Virus record (IMG/VR): IMGVR_UViG_3300025131_000021
Coordinates: 53,540 to 73,539 of that record
Length of the DNA stretch: 20,000 nucleotides
Source of the DNA: an uncultured virus (IMG/VR IMGVR_UViG_3300025131_000021)
Lineage: Duplodnaviria; Heunggongvirae; Uroviricota; Caudoviricetes
Direction: 5' to 3' (one strand)
A program made the position numbers and the translations under genes. The number at the start of each line of letters is the position of its first letter. Within the stretch, counting starts at the first letter, position 1. The notes under the pieces were generated by a model. That model ran no database searches. It worked only from the letters and a program-made list of their open reading frames with translations, and was not told where the DNA came from. This document shows positions 18,647-20,000 of this stretch, in pieces.

Positions 18647-19127
18647 ATGTTTAATTATTATTGATCCGTGGGCTCGGCATGGTCCTGGAGAAACATATAC
18701 AAAAATAATTTTATTATTAGAAAAAATAAAATATCCTGTTGTTATGGTTAATTATGACGAACCGCCTTATACATATATAGAACGAGCATGTAGAAATGGT
18801 ACTAATCAAATGCCATATAATAACGGGGTTGATAGTTATAATTATAGCAATAGAATAACAACAAATGATGAGTCAATTTTTTTGCGTTTTTTAATGCATA
18901 ATAATATAACAGAATTATACTATTGTGGTGTTAGTTTTCCTGGTTGTGTTTGGCATCGACAATTAGGTATGCAATACATGAAAGATAAATTTAAATGTAA
19001 TGTTGTAATTGATTTATGTGATAATAATTATACGCAAGGATCAACTGTTGATAAAATACATGCCCAATATAAATTTGCCAAATTTAGGAATATTCCTGTA
19101 AAACATTCAAATGAAATATATTCATAA
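18630..19127 (+). CDS. Isochorismatase/cysteine hydrolase-like protein
   Basis: N-terminal CLIIIDPW (catalytic Asp position) and ITELYYCGVSFPGCV (nucleophilic Cys position), followed by CNVVIDLC; 165 aa fits the fold. Confidence 0.6.
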   Translation: MIEQHKCLIIIDPWARHGPGETYTKIILLLEKIKYPVVMVNYDEPPYTYIERACRNGTNQMPYNNGVDSYNYSNRITTNDESIFLRFLMHNNITELYYCGVSFPGCVWHRQLGMQYMKDKFKCNVVIDLCDNNYTQGSTVDKIHAQYKFAKFRNIPVKHSNEIYS

Positions 19128-20000
19128 TAAATTTTATTATTATTTTAAGAAATCAACAACAAATTATAATATTTTAGGACGTGGATATTTCGGAAATCCT
19201 ATTCAAGAATCTTTTTATTATGATGCAATTCCTCAATATCAAATACCTAAAGATAAGTATTCTTTAATGTTTTGCATAAATCATAAAAAAATAAATGAAT
19301 GGATAGATAATAAATTTAAAAAAATATCGTTATCAAATAATATTATTGATGACGTTAATAATGATAAATGTAACATTTTATTAAATCATAGCCACGAACC
19401 TTTTAATAATTTGCCTTTTGATCAAATAAAAAATCAATTTATAAATGTAAAGCAAGATAATTTAATATGGATAACAGGCGATAGTAATTTAAATATGTCT
19501 AATGAAATATCATCAACTTGGACAAATATTTTTGAAAGATTAACATATATGTTATTTCAAGGAAGTAACATAGCTAGAGAAGATTGGGTAGAATTGTTAG
19601 TGCAACAACATAACCGAATAACAAATAGAACTAATAGAAAACATAAATTATTATTATATATGCGTCGTCCTAAACCATGGAGGATTGCATTAATGAGTAA
19701 AATGTTTGAAAATAGTCTTGTTGAATCACAAGAAACAATCATATCCTGGGGAGGATCTTCTGGTAGCGGGTATAAAGAAACAACAAAATCTTCATGGGCT
19801 ACATCATTAGATAGTATTAGAAATATTAATACTACTTGTTCCCAACAAGTATTGGATAAAATTTTAGATATTCGACATCCAATAAAATTAATAGGAAAAG
19901 AAAAAGTATTTCCTGACTTTACTATAGGTAAAAATCATAATTATCTTGTTTCGTCTATAGCAACTCCTTCACCGACATTAGATATAAACGATGTTGTTAA
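19111..20000 (+). CDS. Hypothetical protein, paralogue of 17006-18646 (3'-truncated; absent from the ORF track)
   Basis: ATG at 19111 overlaps the upstream gene by 17 nt, and the frame stays open to the window end (MKYIHNKFYYYFKK...). DKCNILLNHSHE, IWITGD and RKHKLLLYMRRPKPWRI match DKCKIILDTSKE, IHTTGD and RKWYGLCLNRVTKPHRI of the 546-aa protein. Confidence 0.8.
   Translation, partial: MKYIHNKFYYYFKKSTTNYNILGRGYFGNPIQESFYYDAIPQYQIPKDKYSLMFCINHKKINEWIDNKFKKISLSNNIIDDVNNDKCNILLNHSHEPFNNLPFDQIKNQFINVKQDNLIWITGDSNLNMSNEISSTWTNIFERLTYMLFQGSNIAREDWVELLVQQHNRITNRTNRKHKLLLYMRRPKPWRIALMSKMFENSLVESQETIISWGGSSGSGYKETTKSSWATSLDSIRNINTTCSQQVLDKILDIRHPIKLIGKEKVFPDFTIGKNHNYLVSSIATPSPTLDINDVV

Noticed and set aside
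6009..19127. Stop-codon reassignment (none of the 14 complete gene ends uses TAG)
   Set aside because: The standard code already gives near-complete coding density with no in-frame TAG, and TAG is commonly rare in AT-rich genomes; there is no positive evidence of recoding.
131..19742. All minus-strand ORFs in the track (60-107 aa)
   Set aside because: Each lies antisense to longer + strand genes with recognisable motifs and has no motif of its own; these are shadow ORFs.

Overview
AT-rich, densely coding window with every credible gene on the + strand, most consistent with a large tailed (myovirus-like, probably jumbo) bacteriophage; no host housekeeping genes are visible. The left part (1-8830) is a virion module: a giant, 5'-truncated baseplate-like protein of at least ~2000 aa, a small tail/baseplate protein, a tail-fibre-like protein with a putative C-terminal intramolecular chaperone domain, and a structural protein with 11 Ser-Gly-Tyr repeats. 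From 8840 it runs directly into a chain of overlapping genes: three DxD-type (GT-A) glycosyltransferase-like proteins, three consecutive radical SAM enzymes (two paralogues with an N-terminal twitch-like domain, one with a C-terminal SPASM/twitch-like domain), two paralogous putative glycosyltransferase-like proteins (the second truncated at the window end and absent from the ORF track) and an isochorismatase-like hydrolase. The best candidate for an undescribed system is a phage-encoded virion glycosylation and radical-tailoring operon, possibly acting on the (SGY)n tract. An exact 29-bp tandem duplication at the start of the radical SAM block creates a 10-codon ORF coupled to both neighbours. 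All functional calls come from motif recognition by eye; no searches were run.
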